A DNA stretch of 60,581 bases, the filler included, from Sphacelaria rigidula (taxonomy: Eukaryota), in the NCBI GenBank assembly GCA_964200075.2. It is 8 parts of 8 records of this genome, joined end to end, with 100 filler letters (N's around TTAATTAATTAA, not from the genome) between each part and the next. Parts side by side here need not be neighbours in the genome. Positions count along the whole stretch, not along the records: positions 45,514 to 52,997 come from CAXNAA020014709.1; positions 53,098 to 60,581 come from CAXNAA020014710.1; 6 more parts are not named here. One strand, written 5' to 3'. Within the stretch, counting starts at the first letter, position 1; the number at the start of each line of letters is the position of its first letter. The notes under the pieces are model-generated. The model was given only the letters and a program-made list of their open reading frames with translations. It was not told the DNA's origin and did not search any database. The position numbers and the translations under genes are program-made. Shown one piece after another: positions 50,656-60,581 of this stretch.

Positions 50656-52880
50656 TTAACCCTTGGACTGCGGGCTTCGCCTTGGAACAGTTTCGCCGGC
50701 AGACACTCGGGAGGCGTCAAGAAATTTCCGCGAGGGGGGAAATGCCTGTTTGCGAAATAAGCGGAAAACTCACTAAGTCAGGACACCCATGTGTGATTGA
50801 ACGTTCCCCGCGGAAAGTTCCAAAAGCCAGGAAGTGGGCCCGAGGGAAGGGGAATGACCACTTCGATGGTTTGTGTGCCTGGTTAACCCTCAGACCGCGA
50901 GGTTAGTCTTCTGTTGAATCGGCATCAATTTCAAGTGAAAAAAGGTATGCATGATCCAGAAGGACTAATCTTGCGGTCTAAGGGTTAACCCTTGGACTGG
51001 GTTGCGGGTAGTCAATCTGGATCACACTTACTTCAAGTGAAATCGATGCCGATTCAGCAGGTGACCCACCCTCGCGGTCGAAAGATCAAAATGGCCACTT
51101 TTTTCTCCCACAGGTGACCTACCTCGCAGCGGGCTGCCTTTCAGTATTCGGGTAACGACCAGTCAGTCAAAAGTATAAGGCGTAGAGGCATGGTGATCTG
51201 CGTACGAGGTCAGCACACACTCGAAGTGCCCTACTAGAGCGCTGGCTGGAAAGTACCAAGACTTCTGCGAAAGTATGTAGACGGAAGGAGATGGATTTTG
51301 TTTGGGTAAAACGCAGGGAGAGTTGGCTGCCAGCGCGCGCCACTTGCGTGCGAAGCATCACAGCACGAACCCCACGAATACAGGCGCGGCTTTGACTCGC
51401 GTATCATAACCGGTCGAGTGTCGTCTAATACAAGTTGTTATGCATCAATCCATCATCATTTTATGTTCATGATCAGCAAAATATTTTTCATTTTCGGAGA
51501 GAGTAGCTGTTCTGAAGTCCAAATGTGACATCATGGGTCATCTGAGTCATATGCAGGGGAGGAGGGGAGGGGGGGGGGTCGCAGGTTGAGGGCTGATTGA
51601 TCCTCCGATCGCCAGGGCATGTCATCATTTTTAGTCGGTATCATTTTGCACCTGATTCAAGTCTCGGATGTCAGCCTGGGAGTTGGTCAATGGGCCGATT
51701 GAAGGGTTTGAAGTAGAGTTCAGAGGTCCGAACTGTTTGATTCGTGCAAATTGATGTTGGTTGAACCATGGAGAGTCGGCGACGAGGGCTCCGAATGTCC
51801 GTGGCGATGGGCGCTCTTCCTGGGAGATTTACTCAACTTGGTGGCTGTTCGGACAAGCCACTGCTACCCCGATGGTTTTCCATACTCGATTGGCCTTGTT
51901 GATACCTGCACGTAGCCACCTTGATCTACGGGGCTCTACTAACTGAAAAAGGCGGCTTAACCCTTGGACCGCGCGGGTAGGTCACCTGCTGAATCGGCAT
52001 CAATTTGCAATAGAAAAAGGTATGCGTGATCCAGATGGACCTCCCGCTCCGCGGTCGAAGGGTTGACCCCTATACCGCGACGGCAGTCCATCTGGACCAT
52101 GCATACTTTGGTTGAGTCAAGATTGATACCGATTCACCAGTTGACCAACCCTGGCGGTCAAGGGGCCCTTTGGCCGCAAGGGTGGGTCACTCGCTGAATC
52201 GGCATCAATATTTTCTTGGAGAAAATGAAACATGTTCCAGATGGACTACCCGCGCCGCGGTCGAAGGGTTGACACTTAACCCTTGGACCGCGAATTTAGT
52301 TTTCTGTTGAATCGGCATCAATTTCAAGTGAAGAAAAGTATGCATGATCCAGAAAGACTCATCTTGCAGTCTACAGGTCAAGAGGTATCTCAAACTCTGC
52401 CCCCGGTATCCTGGTTTGTTTTGTTCTATTTTTTCAAGTGAAAGTGATGCCGATTCATAAGATGATAAGACCGTTTGACTGCCGGGTCAGGTCCTCTCAT
52501 GAATCGCGATCACTTTCACTCGAAAAAACAGTACACAACTCAGCCAGCGAATAAACCAGGATACCGGGAGCTGAGCTTGAGATACCTCTTTCAGGGACGG
52601 GACTCCCACTAACCGAGGGGTGAATCCCTGGTCTGCACGCAGGGGTCGGTTGTGAATCGGCATCATTTGTAGTCGTTTTCACTCGTAGACCGCGATGCGG
52701 GTAGTCCATCTGGACTATGCATACTTTTTTTGAGTGGTGAAAATTGATGCCGGCTCACCAGGTGACCTACACCAAAGCCGACAGGGTTGAAGTGAAATTG
52801 ACGCCGATTCACAAAGGCCCCGACCCCCGATTACTCCACTCCGGTCCTAAAAAAGTCACTCGAGGTCAAGCCCATCTGAA
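50656..52880. mobile_element. Dense cluster (about 8-10 copies or fragments) of ~98-bp piggyBac-type MITEs
   Basis: Units at 50887-50984, 50989-51085, 51961-52062, 52067-52165, 52167-52268 and 52280-52378, with decayed ones to about 52880. Several are joined by TTAA or TTGA. A further copy lies at about 54065-54175. Confidence 0.88.
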
Positions 52881-52932
52881 TCGTGAATGCTTTTTTCGTG
52901 TGAAGTTGATAACAACCCTTGAACGGCGAGAG

Positions 52933-52948
52933 TTATTATCATTATTTA

Positions 52949-52997
<49 letters not shown>
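52933..52997. repeat. (ATT)n microsatellite at a contig end
   Basis: Read directly. A (TA)n run is also present at 33053-33076. Confidence 0.95.
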
Positions 52998-54258
52998 NNN
53001 NNNNNNNNNNNNNNNNNNNNNNNNNNNNNNNNNNNNNNNNNTTAATTAATTAANNNNNNNNNNNNNNNNNNNNNNNNNNNNNNNNNNNNNNNNNNNNCCA
53101 GGATGCCCCCCCCCCCAAAAAAAGGCGAGGCCCTAGGCCGATTTTTTTAATCCTAGGTGTTGGGGGGGGGGGAGGGGGGGGGGGGGGTCACTAAATCCCA
53201 GACACAGATAATGAATAAATGAAGAAAAAAAAGTATTTGAAGAAAAAAAATCGTGTTAATGAAGCCTCAATTCTCCGCATACCTTCGGAGCCAAGGCGAA
53301 GTTATATTCACGAGTTTCGGCAATACATCATACATCACACTTCCACGACAAGAACAAGACCAGACGAATTCCACAATGCTCTGCAATGCTTGCTCAATCA
53401 AGCTAAACGCATCTATCTGCACCGCCAATTTGCGTCCTATGGTGTGGTTGCAGGTAGGGCCAACAGTCATGGGAGCGACCTCACCCAAGTCGTNNNNNNN
53501 NNNCCCAAACAACTGGTGGGCGCTATGCGGGTTTTTTATCGCGGGGGGGGGGGGGGGGGGGGGGGGGGGGAGGGGGTACATAGGGTCTCGGAGTTTTTTT
53601 GGGCACTCTTGGTTGACTAGATGTCAACGGAAAACGGACAAAATAACACTCGACATCGTAGGCTTGGACGATCTATGATATGTATGGCGATGAGTGTGCG
53701 TTTTACACAGATGTGAAGGTTTCAGCCTCTCTGCAGACGATTTCAGTGTGGAATCGAGTTTTCGGGCCCGAGACCCGGGATAATCGAACATTCATGTTGA
53801 TTTGCTGGCTATGAGGAAACTTGCGTGGGTTCTTCGGACAGTCAATGCTGCTCGGTTAGTTGTGAGAAAACCAGATCATTGATTCTCTGGACGCTGAGTC
53901 GAGGTATTCTGGCGTTTTTTTTTTTTCCCTTTCGAATGGTTGAGAGCTGATGTGCAACTAATTGGAAGGACAAGTGACCAACCCTTCCCCCCCCCCAACA
54001 TAAATAAATCGGCAGAATCAGCCTCACTCTCACGGTGCATTCTCATTTTTTTTCTTGTCTTACAAGCCTTGGACCGCGGTGCGGGTAGTCCATCTGGATC
54101 ACGTATTTTTTTCAAGTGAAAATTGATGCCCATCCAGGACGTGATCTACACGACCGTACCCTCGCGGTCTACGGTTTATAACAGGCCCTTAGACGTCGGA
54201 CATGATGCTATGCATTCCAGAAGTAAGTGTTCTTCCAGTTAATACGTTGAATGCGAGT

Positions 54259-57200
54259 TGTAGCCATATGATACCAAGCCGTAGGTTTCAGTATAGTCGC
54301 ATGCATGATTGGAGCAGTGGCAGGGTACAGGGGATCCTGGAATGATGGCCCTGTGCTGCCTGACTCGTGATCTGTTTCTGGATCACTCCGTGATAAAAAC
54401 AAGTTGGAAGAAAAGACCTGTCGAGCACGAGGCCTGTGATACTGGAGGAGTCCCTCGTTGAAAGTCCTCTTGCCCAGATCGTCTGGCAGAGGCTATAATA
54501 TCTAGATCTTTCTTTCCTGCACTCTGTTGGAGGAATTTGGCTGAGGAGAGGGGCCGCAGCTGGAAGCCAGGTTGGCCCGCAGTCGGAAGGAGACAACCTG
54601 AAGTGCACAGCAGTGGAGGACGCTCCGTGGGCTGGAGGACGCACAAGTCAGGAAAGGGTCTCTCCGTGAAGTGGGGAGTCCTAGACGGCATGGCTCAAGC
54701 GGCGGCAGCGCCGCTGGTGTTAGGTGAGCCGCTAGACCCGCCAAAGTATGGCGAGGTGTGGACCGAGGAAGCATATAAAGTTTTCTACGCCGAATATCTC
54801 GGCTATTTAAAGAGCTTGTATTTGGCGAATGCATAAGGAGTCATACGGTATGCCAGGGTGAGCATCGGACAACTTATCCCAACATGTATTCGCCGGTGCT
54901 TTGAAGGCATGTACAAGGATCGTCGGGCTATGACCCCCGACGAATTGCTAGATGCTGTGAAGCAGCATGTCGGGTACATCACAACCGGCGGCAAGCATGA
55001 CACTGCGCGGGCTGCAGCAGACCAACGTAGAGTTCTTACTATGCCACAAAGCGGCGGAATATCCGTCAATAATAGAGCGATGATGGTCAATTCATCGATG
55101 GAAACGTTTTTCGCGGAAAACCTTATGGTGCAAGCCATGTATCATGCGGAGGACAGGAGGTGGTTGGCAGGCCCGGCCGAGTCGGTTTCCATAGCTTTGG
55201 TGGACGCGATTTCGCCTCCGGAATTTAAGGCGTATGTTTGAAGTGTACTAACGTATGTAGACGGTTGGAAAAAGAATCCGACCGTGGTGTTCAACAAAAT
55301 ATTTGACGCCGCCGACCACCGGAAGGTCATCGAGGTGCATGGCCGGCGTGACTCTGCGGCAAGTGCAGGTAGTGCGCGCCGCAAACAACAACAGCAACAG
55401 AAACAGAAGACGTGTTCGCAAGCGTTGTCCACTCGCGCGTGTTACAACTACAGCGACAACGGACACCTGATTAAGGACTGCCCCAAGCCTCGCGCTCAAG
55501 GCACTGCTCAAGGAAATGCGCGCGATTCATTAGGATCTCGAGGCGGTCGTCACGGTGGACGGGGCCGTGCCAATCAGGGACGCGGGCGCGGCGGCCGAGG
55601 TAGCAAGCAATCGGCGGCGGATAGTGGTTCCTCCGCTGCTGTTTCTTCCACTACGTCATCAGGTGGTGACTCTGGATCTCATGATTCGTCCGTGTCGGGG
55701 CAGACAGTGTACGTGGGAAATGCAAATACTTCGGTGCGGAGTGCTGGAGCGAACAGTTCGCAACCCATCGGCCAGGCAAGATCCGTGTCTGATGCATCTC
55801 CTACTTCTGCGATGGCTGTAACAGCGCCGTCTGCATATTCGGCGACATGGTCTGGGTGGACCGCTGATTCGCAGCTATCGATGCCGAGTGCTGGAGCGCA
55901 GCCCTGGCGTCAGGTGAGTCTTAGGACAGAACAGGGTTCTTCGGCAGGCGTGGTACCTGTCGATCGCAAGGCTGAATGTTTACGCGCAGATTTATCCTTG
56001 CCTCGTTCCGTAGGTTCGTTCATGGCCCGCGTTATTCTGGATTCTGGCCCCGCGCTCACGTCGATCAGTGTGGGGTTGCTAGAACAAATGTCTTCGTAGT
56101 TTGGCGGCGCTCAGTAGCAGATTCCGTTCGAAAATGGACCGCAAAACGGCACAGACCGCCACGGGTGCTCCCGTGACGGTTACACATGAAACGGTGCCGA
56201 TTGCTGTTAGCGTGCGTACACCGTGGGGGGCTGTGGGGTTGCAGTCCATCACTTTCGCTGTCATGCTCGGCAGGGACAACGTGGGTCTGTTTGGGATGGC
56301 GACGATGAAGGAGCTCGGGATCGATTTGTATCCGCTGGCGTTGGACAAGTTACGCCCGCGTGCTGTGCCGGTGCAAACCGGCGTGGAAATCCAGCTATCT
56401 TGCTGCAAGGCGTGTGACCGTATCCATACGGTCGTTCCAGAGCGCCAATAAGGAGGTACTCCTGCGGATGAAGCGGTGGAGCGCTTGGTCGATCGGGGAC
56501 TCGACATGTTCATGAACCCTGCGGAGGAGAAAGGTGCAAGAGAACGTGCGCTAGAGGATAGCGTGCAGCAGGCCGAGCAGAAGGGCCTGAGCGCCGATGG
56601 CGCACATTGTCTTCGTGATATTTTGGCTCGTCGCGTGGATAGATTTCGCCGTGCGCTGCGTGGTGATCCGCCTGCGCGCGTGGAGACCGTCAGGGTGCAA
56701 ATCAAGCCACAGACAGAGGCTGTGCAGGCCAAGCCTCGACGTTACGATCCGGTGAAGACCGGGTGGCTTGCCTCATGCATCGCAGCTTTAGTGGCGTTTG
56801 GTTAGTGGTTAGGAACACCCAGGCTGTGGGGGTGAGTCCGGCGATGGCGGTGCCGAAGAGGGACACATTCCGTTTGGTCAGCGACTATCAGGCGGTGAAC
56901 GCGCAAGTGGCACAGTCTCCGGGGGTGATACCAAGCCAAGAAGACATGCGAGATTTGCTGGGAGCCCAATGCTTCGGCAAGTTGGACCTGCTACAGGGGT
57001 ATTGGCGGATGCACTGGTGCCGAAGGCTTAGAAGACCTTCACGATCGTCACGCCTGACGGTTTATTTACGCCAACTCGTGTTCCGCAGGGCGTGTTAAAC
57101 GCCACGGCGTATTCCCAAGGTGTGCTGACTGACATTTTGCGACGTCTATACTGTAAAGTGTGGGTGGATGACGTCTTCTATTTTGCTGAAACCGAAGAAG

Positions 57201-59670
57201 CATTGTTAGTTTTGCTTGACGAAATGTCTGGCCGTTTGGAGAGTGTTGGTCTGTTCGTCGCTGCGCGTAAGTGCACCCTTTTTGCCCGCGAAGTGGTTTG
57301 GTGTGGTGAGGTATACTCCAAGGGTACTGTTTCGCATGATCCTGTCCGCATCCAAGGTTTGAGCAATATGCGACGTCCCCAAACCGCTAGTGAGCTGATG
57401 CAGTCTCTGCAGGCGGTGAATTGGTTGCGGGCTTCGCTCCCGCGCATGGCGGAAGTAGTTGCGCCGCTTCGTGTGTTTTTGGAACAACTCATGGTGGGGG
57501 TTTCGCGTCGGACCAAGCGGGTAGCGCGTAATCGTATCATCCCGGAGGACGCTTGGACGGAGGATCGTGTGCGGGTATGGCGTGCTGCGCAAGATTTGGT
57601 GGCGCGAGCAGCGCCGTTGTATCATCCTCACCCAGGGTGCGTTGTTCTGATGTTTCCAGATGGCTCGGATCTTCGCTGGGATAGTTTTTTAGCGCAAGTG
57701 TCTCTCGCCGAGTTTAGTGGTGGCATTGCGCTCGGAAACATGTCGCACGAACCGTTGGCTTTTCTGAGTGGTAGTTTTAAGGGTTCACAGTTGTGGTGGG
57801 CGACAGTGGACAAGGAAGGTTTCGCGATAGTCAAGACATTTCGAAGGCTAGAGTACTTGCTTTGGGATGGTGTTCCCATTCTCACCGATCATCGCAATCT
57901 GAAATACATTTGTGACCCCGAAGAGTGTGTCACATCGGTGACGAAGGCCATGACACAACGGCTTGAAAATTAGAAATAAGTGCTCGACCAATATCGATAT
58001 GCCATCGAACACATTTCTGGAGAGCGCAATTGTTGGGGAGATTTGTTGTCTCGCTGGTTGAAGGTTCCTACCGTGCCTGTTCGTTTTGTTGCCGTGTACA
58101 GCCCGTAGTGTGGCGCCGACTCTGCTTCGTTTAAAAGAATACAGTGTGTGGCCTCACACGGATTCCCACGTTTGCGAGTTCGTTCGCCAGTGTTTGCATT
58201 GTGTAGACACTCGTGCTGGTGAGATTGTACCTCGTCCGTTTGGCGATACTTTGCATGGTACTGCGCCAGGTGAAGTTGTCCACTTTGATTTTCTGTACGC
58301 CGGAAGTAGCGGACCTGACGGTGCTGATGGTTTGCCTGATGAGGATGGTTTACGGTACGTTTTGGTTATCATGGATGACTTGTTCAATTTTGTTTGGTTG
58401 GAGCCGACCGAGGCTTGTACCTCCGAGGTAACGGCTAAGCACTTGCTCCATTGGCGCAAGACTTTGGGGGTGCCGCGTGTGTGGTTCGTGATATCGCCAC
58501 GCACTACAAGAATCGAGTGATCGCGCAGCTGAGCGACGCGCTGAAGGTGCAACAACAACATGCTGTTGCGTATACTCCTTGGTCGAATGATGTTGTGAAG
58601 GCATGGTGAAAGGGGTCATTTGTGCGTTGCGGTCCATTTTGTCGGAACAAAGACGGTCGGTGTCTGAATGATTTGATGTTTCACCAGCCGCTCAGTAGGC
58701 GTTAAATACTTCTTTTCGTGAACGCTACCGTAACACTCCGTATTGTGCAATGTTTGGGCGTGCGCCGAGTACAGCGTTTTCCGCGCTGGTTTCTATCACT
58801 GGCGGCGAGTGGAACGTCGATGTCATGGAAGCTGATACGTTGCATGACAAGGTTCGAGACGTAGTCGACGAGCAAGCGCAGTTTTGTAACGAAGTGCAAG
58901 CTGCTGTTGCGGTGTCTCGCGAAACCAAACGCAAGCTTGCTGAGGGCCAGGCTGTGTTGCCCAAGTTTGCAGTTGGCGATTTCGTATTGTATGCCCGTGT
59001 TCGTAGGCAAGGTGTGACGCCCAAGTTGATGTCCACATGGACAGGTCCGATCACGCTCACGTGTATTCGGTGCAGAACATTGTTTCTGGCGCCGTACACT
59101 CGGCCCATGTCGCTCGTTCGCGTTGCTATGCTGACTCGCAGTTGCACATCACTGCGGAACTGAAAAATGTTTTTGAGCATTCGTATGCTCAAGGTGAATA
59201 TCGGATGAATGCTTGGGTGCACGTCGCTGAGGATGACAATGGTGATGTCATTGTTTTGGTCGATTGGGATGGTTTCGGTGCTGAAGAACGTACGTGGGAG
59301 TCTCTCCGCAAGATTCATTCTTCTGCGCCTGAGTTTGTTTTGAAGGAACTGCGTAAACTGCGGTTGACTCGGGCGCTGACAAGTAAATTAGCGTCGGAGT
59401 ATGGTATTTCTTTGTGATCTGGCACATGCGATTTCGCCTTGGTTTTTGTTGGTTGTCAAGCTCGTTCGTTTGTCTTGAACTCGCTTTGGGAGTGCTGTAG
59501 CCAAATGATACCAAGCCGTAGGTTTCAGTGTAATCGCATGCATGATTGTAGCAGTGGCAGGGGACAGGGGATCCTGATGGCCCTTTTCTGTGTGGCCCCT
59601 TGCTGTCTGGCTCGTGATGTGGTCTGTATCTGGATCACTCCGTGATAATAACAAGTGAGAAAAAAGGACT
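54259..59670 (+). mobile_element. Near-full-length decayed Ty3/Gypsy chromovirus-type LTR retrotransposon. 5' LTR 54259-54497, gag-pol about 54690-59417, truncated 3' LTR 59496-59670
   Basis: Domain order: gag (CYNYSDNGHLIKDC), protease (VILDSG), RT (FGKLDLLQGYW, VWVDDVF), RNase H (FPDGSD, DKEGFAIV, TDHRNL), integrase (CLHC, VHFDF, IMDD), chromodomain (VLVDWDGFGAEERTWESL). The flanking direct repeats begin TGTAGCC. Many stops and frameshifts. Confidence 0.95.
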
Positions 59671-60034
59671 CGTGTTACGGATCGCGGCGTGGCGTGGTGG
59701 ATGAGACTCTTACGATGATGGGCCGTCGATTCAAAACGACACTACGCGCCCGGAGGGCTGATTGCGGGAACTGGCTAGTACCGCAGTCAGGGGTGAGGAT
59801 GTGATGTAATCCGTCAAGAGACGGAGTACATAAACATGCCTCTTTACATCTGCTTGGATCCGGTTATTTTCAAGGACCGGCCCAATCGGGTGCTATCACC
59901 CTGGTGTCCACTTCCTTTGAAGTGCAAAGTTTGACGCCACCAAAAGAAAAGAGAAACCGAAACGGCCTGCAGCTGTGATCAAGAATATCCTGACGTTCGG
60001 CGTGTATCGCTCTGCGTTGGACTTTCGCCACGTA

Positions 60035-60473
60035 ACACGGGATCTTACAAATTGGGGGTGGATGTTTTATTGGGGATGAGAAACCCCGAGGGTTAAAATC
60101 TCCGTATCGACACCAAATCTTCGAAATATAGTTCCATTTCTTCACCTGCCAAAACCTATTGACAACTGCTACACGCCATAGAAGTTTGAATTTCGATCGC
60201 CGAAATGTTGGGGTCCTACGTGGCAATTTGTTCTGGGGGAATTCCGGGTGTCCGAACGGACACCAAAATGGTTCCGAAAATATTTTTCACCTAGGACCCC
60301 AACATTTCCGTGATCGAAATCCAAATTTCTATGGCGTGTAGCAGTTGTCAATAGCTATGAGTAGAAGAAGAAATGAAATCATATTTCGGAGATTTAGTGT
60401 GGATACGAAGATTCATCCTCCGGGTTCCTCATCCCCAATAAAAGATCCATCCCCAATTTGTAAGATCCCGTGT
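60035..60473. mobile_element. 439-bp fold-back MITE with TA duplication (Tc1/mariner-type)
   Basis: cacgTA|acacgggatc ... gatcccgtgt|TAcgtg. Same family as 35279-35723. Confidence 0.9.
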
Positions 60474-60518
60474 TACGTGCTGTGAGCTTATGATTGTGTC
60501 AAGCATAACGGTGAGACG

Positions 60519-60581
60519 TATAGCCTCTGCCAGACGATCTGGACAAGAGGGCTATCCAGTGAGGGACTTCTCCAGAATCCA
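60519..60581 (-). mobile_element. Right end of another LTR of the chromovirus family (3' or solo LTR), cut by the window end
   Basis: The reverse complement ...cagatcgtctggcagaggctata matches 54470-54497, then diverges from the internal sequence. Confidence 0.85.

Noticed and set aside
50880..52880. CRISPR, REP/BIME or integron attC-like array
   Set aside because: Units alternate in orientation, have CCC/GGG ends with TTAA flanks and occur singly elsewhere, which fits piggyBac-type MITEs.
1..60581. Fanzor/TnpB, tyrosine recombinase, Helitron Rep or giant-virus core genes
   Set aside because: I found no RuvC, RHRY, HUH or capsid/polymerase motifs in the ORF track or in the frames read by hand. 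Heavily decayed copies cannot be excluded without an HMM search.

Overview
Eukaryotic, repeat-rich DNA, probably from a stramenopile such as a brown alga. That is inferred from intron style, TE families and WVDD-type Gypsy RT, not proven. The window is not contiguous. It is eight unplaced contigs of 7487, 7486, 7485, 7485, 7485, 7485, 7484 and 7484 bp, sorted by length and joined by 100-nt N-TTAATTAATTAA-N linkers, so nothing should be linked across the gaps. Host genes: one apparently intact SET-MYND (SMYD-type) lysine methyltransferase gene (minus strand, about 43467-40188) whose best model uses GC-AG introns, plus isolated candidate exons (a TPR-like pair and a signal-peptide first exon). 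Mobile DNA: a decayed chromodomain Ty3/Gypsy element with two further partial copies, a Ty1/Copia gag-protease fragment, a tandem LTR-PBS-LTR-PBS structure, an intron-containing pogo transposase pseudogene with an N-terminal Cys/His finger, tRNA-derived SINEs, two LINE-like 3'-end families, and several MITE families, including ~98-bp piggyBac-type MITEs chained through TTAA sites. There is also an orphan ORF with two PAM2 motifs. No CRISPR, rRNA or convincing intact tRNA was found, and I cannot demonstrate a new system. The best leads are ranked in the findings.
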